A stretch of DNA of 64,000 nucleotides from a virus (lineage: Duplodnaviria; Caudoviricetes): positions 1 through 64,000 of the IMG/VR virus record IMGVR_UViG_2852079565_000004. The stretch is one strand, 5' to 3'. A model generated the notes under the pieces. That model was not told the origin of the DNA. It worked only from the letters and a program-made list of their open reading frames with translations, and made no database searches. Positions 20,888-30,862 of this stretch are shown here, one piece after another; the first letter of the stretch is position 1, and each line of letters opens with the position of its first letter. Both the position numbers and the translations under genes were made by a program.

Positions 20888-21465
20888 GATTTCACCTCAG
20901 CCATGGCCTCTCTAAAGAACTGACTCACATTCTGTGCAGTGATAGCCACCATGCCATTCGGGGCTTGTTTTGAATGGCCCATTTCTAACGGGTAAGCATA
21001 GGGCACATTATTGGTAAAGTAGATAGCACTCATGCCTACCTTGAAGTGCTTAATGACGTAATTTCCCATAGAGACGGTCATTCGGCCTGATTTATCAATT
21101 CGTCCTGTCTCCCCGTCTGCAGGTGTATCAAACGTCACTTGCCAGTTACCCCGAAACCGCCCACCTGTATAACCTGGAGGGGCTTTGATATCCATGGAGT
21201 CATTGACACGCACGCGCTTTTTTAACTGACGTTTCTTTGGAGTAAGGTTATTAGGGTCTTTCCTAAGTTCTTCATTGTGTTCAAATACTGCTTGGTTATA
21301 ACTGACTGCCGTCTGGTTGACTTCCCAGAGTTCAGGATTACCGACAGGTGACATTTGAACCAACTGAGCCAAAATTTTAAACCCCGTTTTCTTAACAACC
21401 GTTTCCATGTCTGTTTGGGCATTATCAACAAACAGGTTAATTGAACGCATAAATGATTGTGACAT
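20884..21465 (-). CDS. HK97 gp10-like neck/tail completion protein
   Basis: SPVG, GRFRGNW, NN.PYA..LE.GHS.QAP.GMV. Confidence 0.8.
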   Translation of the reverse strand: MSQSFMRSINLFVDNAQTDMETVVKKTGFKILAQLVQMSPVGNPELWEVNQTAVSYNQAVFEHNEELRKDPNNLTPKKRQLKKRVRVNDSMDIKAPPGYTGGRFRGNWQVTFDTPADGETGRIDKSGRMTVSMGNYVIKHFKVGMSAIYFTNNVPYAYPLEMGHSKQAPNGMVAITAQNVSQFFREAMAEVKS

Positions 21466-21466
21466 G

Positions 21467-21820
21467 TCACGCCCTCAATTGAGATTGATAGCAAATTACG
21501 AGTTCAGCAGGTTTAATTGGGTTAGGCTCTTGAACACGCAACCACACGCCGTCAACGAATACCCGATCCCCTTTTTGAATAACCGTGTCAGGTGAAAAGA
21601 CCATTTTGATATCTGTCGCTAGAATAAGCGTCCCGTCAATATCATGAGGTTTGTATTGCACCTTAACCCCTGTGGCGAGAAACTCAGTTTCAGGATCGTG
21701 GTACTCTTTTCCCGTCTCATCATCAACCCAATGTTTGCCATCCCGTTTAACTGGGTATGAAGCACCGTATTTTTTCAGCATTCGCAACGCTGTGTGGTGA
21801 CCACGCTGATAGATATTCAT
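21467..21820 (-). CDS. Head closure / head-tail joining protein
   Basis: Synteny; IDGTLI..TD, QLR C-terminus. Confidence 0.7.
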   Translation of the reverse strand: MNIYQRGHHTALRMLKKYGASYPVKRDGKHWVDDETGKEYHDPETEFLATGVKVQYKPHDIDGTLILATDIKMVFSPDTVIQKGDRVFVDGVWLRVQEPNPIKPAELVICYQSQLRA

Positions 21821-21822
21821 GG

Positions 21823-22302
21823 CTACCTCATTGCAAACGTATTAATAGCGAACCCCTCAGAGATATCAATCAAGCCCGATAACAAACCTTTCAACCAAGC
21901 AAAATTCGGTGCGCCTGTATTGGTGCCTTCCGCGTATTTCAAATCAATTGCACCCTCAATACGTTCTGCAATGATTTCCCCGCCTAAAGTGGGTTGTAGG
22001 TCGTTCTCTTGAGATTCAATGGCTAAGCGGCATTGGGCTTGGATAACTTGCTGAGGGATAATCTCACTTGAAACCGCAATACCATCACGAATTAATCCCG
22101 TACGTGGAAAAGAGAGCGGCTGATGAACATCGGTTCGCTTACCTAACCATTTTTGAGATTCGAGATAGTCCATGGCCACAATGAGCAATCCTTCTAATCC
22201 CTCATTAGGGAGCGTTAACTGCCTTGCTGAAGCATAGGCCTTTAAATCCGCTACGCTAGCATAGCTGTTAAAGGTCAGGGAGGTTTTATCTGAATCAATC
22301 AT
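21823..22302 (-). CDS. Head-tail adaptor (DnaT-like annotation family)
   Basis: NSYASVAD, AMDYLE, Q.LSFPR; follows capsid gene. Confidence 0.72.
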   Translation of the reverse strand: MIDSDKTSLTFNSYASVADLKAYASARQLTLPNEGLEGLLIVAMDYLESQKWLGKRTDVHQPLSFPRTGLIRDGIAVSSEIIPQQVIQAQCRLAIESQENDLQPTLGGEIIAERIEGAIDLKYAEGTNTGAPNFAWLKGLLSGLIDISEGFAINTFAMR

Positions 22303-22343
22303 AAGCCCCTCAAAATAAGAAAGGGGCATTACACCCCTTTAAG

Positions 22344-22637
22344 TTATTTACCACCTTCAGGTGGCTTAGCCGTAAATGTAATTTCATCCGTTGACTGAGT
22401 CACTCCATCGGTTGTCGCAGTGACAATGAATTGACCTTCGGTATCCGAGGTCAGTTTCACTGTCGCGCCACCCGCTTTGCCCGTCTTAGAGGATGTCACA
22501 CTCAAATTACCCCCCGTTGTTGACCAATTAACGGCAGCCCCCTCAATTGGCGAGTTCCCCTTGGTGTAATTGAGTGTGACGGTCACAACATCGGCACTGT
22601 CAGCGATAGCGGACGTTTTATCCGCTGACAGAGTTAC
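22344..22637 (-). CDS. Ig-like (Big_1-type) extension of capsid protein, predicted -1 frameshift
   Basis: G GGA AAG TAA at capsid end; -1 frame reads VTLSADKTSAIADSADVVTVT...GAAVNWST..G.ATVKLTS. Confidence 0.8.
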   Translation of the reverse strand, partial: VTLSADKTSAIADSADVVTVTLNYTKGNSPIEGAAVNWSTTGGNLSVTSSKTGKAGGATVKLTSDTEGQFIVTATTDGVTQSTDEITFTAKPPEGGK

Positions 22638-23587
22638 TTTCCCGCTTCAGTGGTCAGTTTGATCATTACACCTGCGGTCATCTTGTCGCTCTTAAAATGC
22701 TTCTTCCAGTTTCCTTCCGTACCGAGTTTGGTTAAATCGGGGTTCTCACCCTTCGTCTCATCCCAGCTATAGCCTAGAACACCCACATTTACTGTGCCCT
22801 CACCGCGATAGCCAATTTCCAAGTTTTCCTTATCATTAATGTTAAATGAGCGGAAAGTTGGCTCTTGAGATTCGGTGATAGTCACCGCACCAGGAACAAG
22901 ACCAAAGATAGCATCGACTGGCGCGGTATCTGTGACTAGAACAGGTTTACCCAGCGTGCCTGGCTGACCACCATAGATAACCACACCCGCTTCTTCATAC
23001 ACTTTGTTATCAATAGCCTGATCAACAATGTCAAAATAGGTCGTTGAGTGCATGACAAACAAATTAACACGGTTAAATTTATCACCGTATTTACGTAACC
23101 CTTTGGTCAGTGTTTTCTTACCGTCGGTGGCAATGTCTGCCGTGACAACCATTGCTTTATTACTCCCGATGGCTGCTGCCAATGCCGCCAGCGAGTATTT
23201 AATGTAACCCTCTAGGGAAGCATCTGCCGCATCGGTGCCCACCAGCTCAGAGAACTCAGACACGTCACGACCACGGCGTTTAAATGCCTCTTCGGTTGTT
23301 GCGTAAGGACCGTATTTCCACGGCGCTTTAACATCAACCGATTCACCCGCACCGATTTTTTTACTATCCACTTTTTCCGTTGAGTTAACATCACGGTGCT
23401 CAATGGAGCCGCCGATTTGATAGAAAGCACGTTTACGGAAATCGCCTTCAATAAACAGGTTATCCAGCACAATGGCACCATTCGATGCCTGGTTGAATAC
23501 TGCTAAATTATCTTGGCGACGCTCTAAGAACGCGGTTTGTGCCAAATCGTTATAAATCACTAAATCACTATTCACTGTTGCTGTCAT
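22634..23587 (-). CDS. Major capsid protein
   Basis: 317 aa after scaffold; FNQASNGAIVL, VMHS, LGKPVLVTD. Confidence 0.88.
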   Translation of the reverse strand: MTATVNSDLVIYNDLAQTAFLERRQDNLAVFNQASNGAIVLDNLFIEGDFRKRAFYQIGGSIEHRDVNSTEKVDSKKIGAGESVDVKAPWKYGPYATTEEAFKRRGRDVSEFSELVGTDAADASLEGYIKYSLAALAAAIGSNKAMVVTADIATDGKKTLTKGLRKYGDKFNRVNLFVMHSTTYFDIVDQAIDNKVYEEAGVVIYGGQPGTLGKPVLVTDTAPVDAIFGLVPGAVTITESQEPTFRSFNINDKENLEIGYRGEGTVNVGVLGYSWDETKGENPDLTKLGTEGNWKKHFKSDKMTAGVMIKLTTEAGK

Positions 23588-23599
23588 TGCTGCCTTTCC

Positions 23600-24364
23600 T
23601 TACTCTTTTGGAAGTCTTAAATAGGTGTCACGGCCATAGCGGCGAATATATTCAGCCTTTTCGCTGGCGGACATTTGAGAACGTTTAAGGTGTGCGCCAC
23701 CTTGCTTATGTTTCCCTGCGTCTGTACCTGATGCAGCAGGGAATAAGTGCGGTGCGCTTTCTTTCAGGGATTCAATCCATTCAATAGGGGATAGCTGTGT
23801 TCGGCCATCTTTGCCCATGATTGGATTCCCATCTTCATCAACAGCGACGGCCTGACCTTCGTCGTTGATTTGAAAAATGCCTTTGGCACGTAGAATTAAA
23901 TCTTCTTGCGCACTGCTTAATGCGCCCGCTTTACCCGCCGCTGAACGAATTTCATCACCCAACACTCGTGCGCGGAATTTATTGGCAAAAGCTTCTGCTT
24001 TTTCCACGCGGGCATTAGCCTCTTTTAACTGCTTATCTGTATCGCCACGCATGCGCTCGGTACGCTTATTAATGACTTCATCAATCTTGCCATCTGCAAT
24101 GAGTTTGGCTTCTTCGTCATTTTCAAAGCGTTTAAGCATCCCTTTCACCGTGTCGGGATCAATACCATCAAAGCGTTTTAGGTTGTCGCCCTGCTCTTTG
24201 ATTTTGCCGAGTAACTCGGTGTTCTTGGCTTTTAGTCCAGACACTTGCTGGTCGATAAGGGTTTGAATTTCAGGTGTGATTTTGAGTGCGCCACCAGCAC
24301 CGCCCCCTTTATCCTCGCCACCCGCCTGTGAATAGTATTTGCGTTCGATATTCATAAATAACAT
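23600..24364 (-). CDS. Capsid scaffolding protein
   Basis: Coiled coil GLKAKNTELL, APHLF; upstream of capsid. Confidence 0.8.
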   Translation of the reverse strand: MLFMNIERKYYSQAGGEDKGGGAGGALKITPEIQTLIDQQVSGLKAKNTELLGKIKEQGDNLKRFDGIDPDTVKGMLKRFENDEEAKLIADGKIDEVINKRTERMRGDTDKQLKEANARVEKAEAFANKFRARVLGDEIRSAAGKAGALSSAQEDLILRAKGIFQINDEGQAVAVDEDGNPIMGKDGRTQLSPIEWIESLKESAPHLFPAASGTDAGKHKQGGAHLKRSQMSASEKAEYIRRYGRDTYLRLPKE

Positions 24365-24474
24365 GTGATTCCCCTTGGGATTGAATGCGCCTAGCGCGTT
24401 GAGTTAGTTCAGCCCTCAGCTGAATTTAGGCATTAAAAAAGGCCACCGAAGTGACCTTGAAGATTCAAATAAAA

Positions 24475-24837
24475 CTATTTTTCTGTATCGTGAATTTTCT
24501 GTTTGAGCAGATAACCTTCAAGCGCCCAAATTTTATTAACTGCGTTCTGTCTGGCAATTTTGCGACCAATTTCCGCATCGAAATTTTCAGGACTTGCACA
24601 TGCTGACTCACCAGTAACCATGAAGCCATTTTTTAATATCAACACACAAAACGTAAGGTAGTTAAGTGACTCATGCCATCCGAGTAAAGCTGTCTGTGGC
24701 TCAAGCGCACCCCTAGCACCATCTTTAGCAGTAAAGTAGTAGCAATCCTTAATGATGCTATCAATATGCTCAGGTGTTACACGCGCCGCTGTTTTACCTT
24801 TGGCTTGGATTTCTTTTTCAATATCTTTATCTGTCAT
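24475..24837 (-). CDS. N4 gp49 / Sf6 gp66 family protein
   Basis: LTFCVL.LKNGF.VTGESACASPENFDAEIGRKIA...A..KIW.LEGY signature. Confidence 0.85.
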   Translation of the reverse strand: MTDKDIEKEIQAKGKTAARVTPEHIDSIIKDCYYFTAKDGARGALEPQTALLGWHESLNYLTFCVLILKNGFMVTGESACASPENFDAEIGRKIARQNAVNKIWALEGYLLKQKIHDTEK

Positions 24838-24910
24838 TTTTTAATTCCTTAAATAAAAAAAGACCCCGTTAGGAGTCTTGGTCGAATAATTAAATTAATT
24901 ACTAGAACGA

Positions 24911-26032
24911 TTAGTTATAACCCGCCTCTTTAAATGCGCGTTCATCCAGCGCTTTTAATTCAGATAACAGAATAAATTCGCCTTTATCGGTATAAAACTC
25001 AGAAGGGGTCATGCCACCCTCTTTCATCAACCTAAACCGCACCTCACCAAACACTTGGCGCTGTCGCCATTCGGGTTGCCTTTGGATCCACTCTAAATAC
25101 GTCGTTTTAACAGGAACTTGCCCATCCATTGACGCACGTGTCCCATCGTCCATTTCATCCGCATCAATGCCTAAATCACGCCACGATTTTAGAATGAGTG
25201 TTTCCGTTGAGCGGCATCCCCAATGGATTTTGCCAGGGCCGCGTTTATAGGGAACCTTATGGCCAATCGGATGACCGTTTAAAGTATATTTCAGCCTGTC
25301 ACGCACAATACAATCATGAGAGGTTTTGTTATCCAGTGTTGAAAGCCACTGTTTGCAATCAATAATGTCTTTATTGGCGTCCACTAAATGTTCACGTGCA
25401 GTGGCTTGCACATGGTTAATAGCCGTTTTGGCTAGCGAGGTGGCATTCGCGCGACTCATCTGTAATGCGCCGTCTTTATAATTTTGCTTCGCATGACCAC
25501 GAATTTTTCGCCCGATTTGAACGGCGCTATCCCCATTGAGATAACCATTACGCACGGTATTGCTGATACGAGTCATACGGTCTTTTTCTAGCCCTGATGC
25601 CCACTCAGACAATAACTTCCCTTGGAAAGGTCGAGACATCGCTGAGGCGTATAACATCTCCTCGCTGATCCCCATAAAGGGATAATGACGTAATATGGCA
25701 TCTGGCAGCAGCGCATTGAACAAGGAGGGATAAAAACTGACTTCATGAAAAGCATAAGCCTTCATTTCATCCGATAAAAACGCAAATGCCCGCTCTATTG
25801 CTTGACCATTAATTCGTTCGACGCTGGACAACAATGACTCCAACCGCCTAACCGTAAAGCTATTGATATCAATGTCAGCATCATCCAGCACAGTAATTAA
25901 TGTTGCCGTGAGCTCAGCGTCGAACTCATTCAATACCTTGACCATACGTTTAGCGACGCTGGTGGAATATCGACCTGAAAAGAGTGAATGAGCCATTAAC
26001 TCATCCATTAACTGCGTATTCACGGATATCAC
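24911..26032 (-). CDS. Minor head protein (SPP1 gp7 / Mu F-like)
   Basis: WLSTLDNKTS..C, HWGCRS. Confidence 0.88.
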   Translation of the reverse strand: MISVNTQLMDELMAHSLFSGRYSTSVAKRMVKVLNEFDAELTATLITVLDDADIDINSFTVRRLESLLSSVERINGQAIERAFAFLSDEMKAYAFHEVSFYPSLFNALLPDAILRHYPFMGISEEMLYASAMSRPFQGKLLSEWASGLEKDRMTRISNTVRNGYLNGDSAVQIGRKIRGHAKQNYKDGALQMSRANATSLAKTAINHVQATAREHLVDANKDIIDCKQWLSTLDNKTSHDCIVRDRLKYTLNGHPIGHKVPYKRGPGKIHWGCRSTETLILKSWRDLGIDADEMDDGTRASMDGQVPVKTTYLEWIQRQPEWRQRQVFGEVRFRLMKEGGMTPSEFYTDKGEFILLSELKALDERAFKEAGYN

Positions 26033-27399
26033 GTTTCACCTACCATCGTGGGCTGCTGGGTATTCAGTTCATCCACCACCACTTCAATATCATCTGCAGG
26101 GTCGATAACATCGTATTTTTGCAAACTACGGACTAAGTCAGACTTACGTATTGCGCTGGATTGCCATGCTGAAACTATTTCGCGGATCATCGCACTGTCT
26201 GCGATGTGGTTAACGAGGTCTTTGTTAATCTCAAACGAAATGTCTGCAGTATCTAAACCTAAGTATTCAGCACACCACATTAGCGCTTTACTAAATGCAT
26301 CGGAAACGTTTGAACAGCAAATACTCAAAATGGAAGTTTGGGCATTCTGTTCACCAACAGACTGAATAACCGTTTTGACCTTACTATCCGCAGAAACCAA
26401 TTGAGCACCCAGCGCAACCATATAATCACGCTTACTGTCCATCGCCTCTTTAGCCAACATGTTAGGTTGTGCTTGAGCGTAACCAAAAAAGCCGTCTTTA
26501 GGCAGCATAACAGGTGAACGAGAACCGACCACGACCCCTGTTTTCTCTAAATGATCCCGCCACGTGGTATCTAACCCACCAAGGTATGGCTGAACTTGGC
26601 CACAAAAGAAAACAGAGTCCTCATAATCGGCCGAATTTCGATAATGCCCTAGGTTAATCTTTGCCAGCCCCAATAAGGGAGCCTCATCTATCGTGTGGTC
26701 ATTATTCTGCGCCCCAATAAACGTAAACGGGATTTCATCCCATGCGCCATTGCCTGCGCGCTCAGGCATGTACTCAGAATCGATTTGAAATACGCTTTGC
26801 CCTGCTGCCTTACGATAAACACGGCAAATGAAATGACCGTCTTCAATGGCTAATACACGGTATTGAATCGCATCCTTAAAGCCAAATCCGTCCTCTTCTT
26901 CTACCGTTTCACGCAATACCACCAGCGTTAACATCGTGCGCCCATTAATACGCGCTGTACGCCAGTTAATGATGTCTTCAGCACGATATTGGAATATGTA
27001 CGGGAGTTTCGAATCGCTGTTGTAATCAACGTACAGACCATGCCGACCGACTTCTAATACTGACTCAAGTGAAGACTGAGCCAATTGATAGATACTTGAA
27101 CCCGCCCCGTCAGCATCGTCTTTTAAACACGACAGCTTTTCGATAACGGCAACCAAGGGGTCTTTTTTAAACGCCATGCCTATCATACCGTTTCGAGTAT
27201 TGCCCGTTATGGGGTAAAACACGGCCCTGTCTTGATAGTCTTTGTTACGTTTCTTTTTACGGGCATCATCCTGCTCGACAAGTTCTGGCAAATAAGTGTT
27301 TATATCCTCGCCACCTCGACATACATCACGGACTAACTTCCATTGAGGCGCAGCCGCTTTGTATTCAGGGCGAGTAAAATCAACGTTGTTTGTACTCAT
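26029..27399 (-). CDS. Portal protein (DUF4055-like)
   Basis: Follows terminase; IINW, IPFTF, N.GHY..SAD. Confidence 0.88.
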   Translation of the reverse strand: MSTNNVDFTRPEYKAAAPQWKLVRDVCRGGEDINTYLPELVEQDDARKKKRNKDYQDRAVFYPITGNTRNGMIGMAFKKDPLVAVIEKLSCLKDDADGAGSSIYQLAQSSLESVLEVGRHGLYVDYNSDSKLPYIFQYRAEDIINWRTARINGRTMLTLVVLRETVEEEDGFGFKDAIQYRVLAIEDGHFICRVYRKAAGQSVFQIDSEYMPERAGNGAWDEIPFTFIGAQNNDHTIDEAPLLGLAKINLGHYRNSADYEDSVFFCGQVQPYLGGLDTTWRDHLEKTGVVVGSRSPVMLPKDGFFGYAQAQPNMLAKEAMDSKRDYMVALGAQLVSADSKVKTVIQSVGEQNAQTSILSICCSNVSDAFSKALMWCAEYLGLDTADISFEINKDLVNHIADSAMIREIVSAWQSSAIRKSDLVRSLQKYDVIDPADDIEVVVDELNTQQPTMVGET

Positions 27400-28973
27400 T
27401 AGAAGGTTGTTCCTAAATTAATGCCAAAGGCTGGACGACTCGGTTTATGGAGAACACGATAGCGTGTACTATCCCAGTCATGATCTTCTTGCTCGGTATC
27501 TACATCATCAGGGTTTTTAGAGTCTCGAACTAAAACAGGAACTCGACTGATCCAGCCTCGGCAATAGTCAAAGACATAAAATGCCGCTTTTTCTGGTATG
27601 CCTGACTCTGTTTTCTTACCTTCAATCACCGCCTCGAGCATATCGGCAAAAAGTGATGCTCCGTTAATACGGGAACCAGGGTTTTTATTCGCTTTCATCC
27701 ATTCGACACCTTGAGCCTCCATTTTTTGTGCAATGGAGTCCTCGTCATCGTTAGGAGTATAGATAGAATTATCTGCAGGACCTTTAATCACCTTTTTACA
27801 GATATTGGGCATAATATTCATTTGCCCCTGTGTAATACCGTCTTGAACTATTTCGCTAGGGATAACGCTATCTAAGCCAGCTAAGCGCTCATCAATCCAC
27901 TTAATGCCTTTGGCAACATTGGTTGATGACATATTCAGCCCCTTGTTGAGCTCATCAGGCGGGCACCCATACCACTCACCAATCAAAATTAACGTCCCTG
28001 CTGGTGGGCAAAACTTACGACCATCGGGTAAGGTGGCTTCGGTACCATCCGATTGCGCCCACCATAAGTTAGAAAATGGCTTTGACTCCCCCCAGTCATG
28101 GGAGCGGTCAACAATCCAACTGTCGGGGATCTGAAACGGCTTAATCACATGATGTGTTGCATTCCAAAGATGGTCAAAACGACCCCCGCTCGTCACATCC
28201 CATGAACCTTCCACCCACGCCTTTTTGCGGTTTGGATCTTTAATGCTCATGAGCGTTGCGATGTATTGGGGATCTAAGTACGGGTTTTCTTTAAATGAAC
28301 CGTGGATAGCAACGCGAGTTAATGTGATTTCTTCATCACGCTCAGTTTGGGGGTTAAACACTTTTTGTGTTTCCCGAATAACGGTTCCTCGTGGCTTTGG
28401 TTCGATAAAACGCTTTTTCACCCATGTATGACCAATACCAAACGGGTTGGTCGTACTGAAAACCTCAAGCGGAATAGGCTTTAGTAATGTGCCATTTTCA
28501 AGGGGGTAATCTTTTGGCCTAAACGATGAACGTCGACAAGAGAACATTGCCTCATAGAAATCAGCCGACTTTTGCTTGGTTAATTCGTTAAAGCCAATAA
28601 AGGGGAACTCTTGCCCATGATAATCCCAATAATCATCCGCTTCTTTACCAAAACGAAATAGTAGCTCTTCACCTGTTGGCCATACCCACCTCAATTCTGA
28701 GGCTGAAGCAAGAAAGCGAGCGCCATCTTTAAACAACCGATACATACGCTTTGATTGCGTGATGATGTCGGCAAGGTTTTTGTACTCCGTATCAAATATG
28801 ATACCGCGCCAAAATGAGCCATAGCCAATACCCACATTACGCCTAAAACGGGCAAGTTGTGCCGCTGTTTTACCAGGACCTCGCGTGCCTTCATACAGTA
28901 TTTCATTGCATGGGCAACTTAAGGATAACGACTGCGAACCAGGCAAAGGCTTCCAAACTACGTTGTAATTCAT
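27399..28973 (-). CDS. Terminase large subunit
   Basis: GTRGPGKT Walker A, FNEL, TTNP, DWG, EDHDWD. Confidence 0.93.
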   Translation of the reverse strand: MNYNVVWKPLPGSQSLSLSCPCNEILYEGTRGPGKTAAQLARFRRNVGIGYGSFWRGIIFDTEYKNLADIITQSKRMYRLFKDGARFLASASELRWVWPTGEELLFRFGKEADDYWDYHGQEFPFIGFNELTKQKSADFYEAMFSCRRSSFRPKDYPLENGTLLKPIPLEVFSTTNPFGIGHTWVKKRFIEPKPRGTVIRETQKVFNPQTERDEEITLTRVAIHGSFKENPYLDPQYIATLMSIKDPNRKKAWVEGSWDVTSGGRFDHLWNATHHVIKPFQIPDSWIVDRSHDWGESKPFSNLWWAQSDGTEATLPDGRKFCPPAGTLILIGEWYGCPPDELNKGLNMSSTNVAKGIKWIDERLAGLDSVIPSEIVQDGITQGQMNIMPNICKKVIKGPADNSIYTPNDDEDSIAQKMEAQGVEWMKANKNPGSRINGASLFADMLEAVIEGKKTESGIPEKAAFYVFDYCRGWISRVPVLVRDSKNPDDVDTEQEDHDWDSTRYRVLHKPSRPAFGINLGTTF

Positions 28974-29464
28974 TCACCTAATACCCCGCCCTGTTGCTGT
29001 TGTGCGACTTTCTCCCAATCATCCACGCTGTCACAAGCAGGAACAGGCATAATGTTGTGCGTCGTCTCAACTTTCTGCTCTACCTTGTGTCTGTTGGTAT
29101 AAACATCCCCACACTCTTTTGCAGCTTGCTCAGCTAATTGTGCAGTTAACGCAAAATTACGCATGCTCTCAGCTTTAACCGCCATTCGGTCTAACATTCT
29201 CAAACGGTAGGCTTTATTCGCTATGGGGATGTCTGTTATTTCGGTTTGGAATCGTTCGCGGGTTTCATTAAAAAGCTCTACCCACTTTTTCGCTAATTTA
29301 CGCCCACTTGACTTTGTTGGGTCATGAGATTCAACTTGCTGGCGGCTCACTTTTAACCCAAATTCATTTTTGACGGACTCAACCACTTGAGAGGGGGTAT
29401 CATAGCAGGCAAGGGATTGAATAATATAAATTTTAACCTCTGATTTTAACGCTGCCATAATCAA
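28970..29464 (-). CDS. Terminase small subunit (DUF2280-like)
   Basis: QSLAC.DTPSQV, DPTK, IANKAYRL, EQAAKE. Confidence 0.85.
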   Translation of the reverse strand: MIMAALKSEVKIYIIQSLACYDTPSQVVESVKNEFGLKVSRQQVESHDPTKSSGRKLAKKWVELFNETRERFQTEITDIPIANKAYRLRMLDRMAVKAESMRNFALTAQLAEQAAKECGDVYTNRHKVEQKVETTHNIMPVPACDSVDDWEKVAQQQQGGVLGE

Positions 29465-29488
29465 TACCTGTCAAAACTAGTCAAAAAT

Positions 29489-30118
29489 TTAAGCCAGTTT
29501 CATTAAACAGGTTCCGCACGCTCTGGATATATTCAACCTAGCCACTTCTGGCTTTTCGCTTGCGGCATCAATGATTGCTTGAACCTCTTCACTAGCGCCA
29601 TATCGACGAACAACGCCGACAAATTCTTCTACATCATGCCCTCTTAATTTCAGCTTAGGCATACCGTCCTGTGTGAACTTGGGTGCGCCAAATTCATCCA
29701 TGTCTTGTGCTATATGGTAAAGCTCATGTTCAATCAATGCACAAAACTCGGCATCCGAACATTGAGCGCAGTAATCAGCTGCTAATGTGATAACAAACTT
29801 AGGTATGCGACCAAACCATTCATACATTTGTTGTTCCATTCTGGCTTTCTGCCAGCCACCAGCACGCATCATGACTTCTTCACATTGACCTAACACATAC
29901 CGACCTTTCTTACTAAATGAGTTTGAGGCCCACATAAAACAAATATCTGCATCAATTAAGTGCATATGATCAGGATTATGAATATCACCGTCATCGTTAA
30001 GTAGGTGTTGCTGTACCCACTCATTAATTTCAGGGGCGGGGGCTATTTTTATATGCGGGGAAAATGCTTCGATAAACTCATGAGGTGGATATGGCCTAGC
30101 AAATGCTTCATCACTCAT
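29489..30118 (-). CDS. Putative phage metallopeptidase
   Basis: HELYH zinc motif, HDVEEF.GVVRRYG. Confidence 0.8.
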   Translation of the reverse strand: MSDEAFARPYPPHEFIEAFSPHIKIAPAPEINEWVQQHLLNDDGDIHNPDHMHLIDADICFMWASNSFSKKGRYVLGQCEEVMMRAGGWQKARMEQQMYEWFGRIPKFVITLAADYCAQCSDAEFCALIEHELYHIAQDMDEFGAPKFTQDGMPKLKLRGHDVEEFVGVVRRYGASEEVQAIIDAASEKPEVARLNISRACGTCLMKLA

Positions 30119-30244
30119 AGTTTCCTCAATCAGAATATTTAACTGGATATATCAATTTATCTTCGGGATCCGCTGTAACCCCAAATCATGAAAACCTATA
30201 TAAAACTCTATCAACGCCACTCAGTGAATGACGTTTGAAGAATT

Positions 30245-30832
30245 TTATAAATCAAGTTGTTCTTTACGTTGAACCTCAGCGCGAACTTGCTCAATAGCAT
30301 TCGCACTCGCTATCTCTGAGTTGGCTTGCGTATGCTGAATGGCTGTAATTGAAGAATGCAAATAATTAAACTTATCTTCAATCAGTTGCTGAAGCTTTTC
30401 GTATTCTGACTGCTCACGAGAAATAACTTCACTTGTTCGGCTAATTTCAGCGGAAGATTTAAGGAACATCTCAGCAGATACTTGCTCACGGTTATCATTA
30501 ACGCCTGTGGTTATTTCAAACCGCGCTTGCTCTGCGCCCTTTTTAGTTTGTTCTTCTGCTGGCTGCAGTACTATTTTCTCTATAGTGCCATTCTCAATAA
30601 ACACATCATTAATGAACACTCTGCCAGAAGAAACTGTAAACACAGGTTCTAAACACCCTTTAGGGTTGAATATACCAAAATCAGTTATGAAGCCACCTTT
30701 AGCTGGCTGTTTTAATCCAGTGCTAACCATTAGCCCTTCAATGCGCTTTAGCTGCGCTTCCAGCTTATCTAAGTCAGTGCTATCGATTGATATCTTTATA
30801 GATAGAGTGGCTATTTCTTTTTTATCTGACAT
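30245..30832 (-). CDS. Late protein with segments homologous to tail protein J (DUF1983-like)
   Basis: Two segments align by eye to J of the same phage (see findings). Confidence 0.75.
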   Translation of the reverse strand: MSDKKEIATLSIKISIDSTDLDKLEAQLKRIEGLMVSTGLKQPAKGGFITDFGIFNPKGCLEPVFTVSSGRVFINDVFIENGTIEKIVLQPAEEQTKKGAEQARFEITTGVNDNREQVSAEMFLKSSAEISRTSEVISREQSEYEKLQQLIEDKFNYLHSSITAIQHTQANSEIASANAIEQVRAEVQRKEQLDL

Positions 30833-30862
30833 GACTGTCTCCATAAATGAAGAGGCCCCTAA

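Noticed and set aside
5900-29000. Numerous + strand ORFs of 60-140 aa in the structural region
   Set aside because: Antisense shadows of long minus-strand genes, without RBS or motifs.
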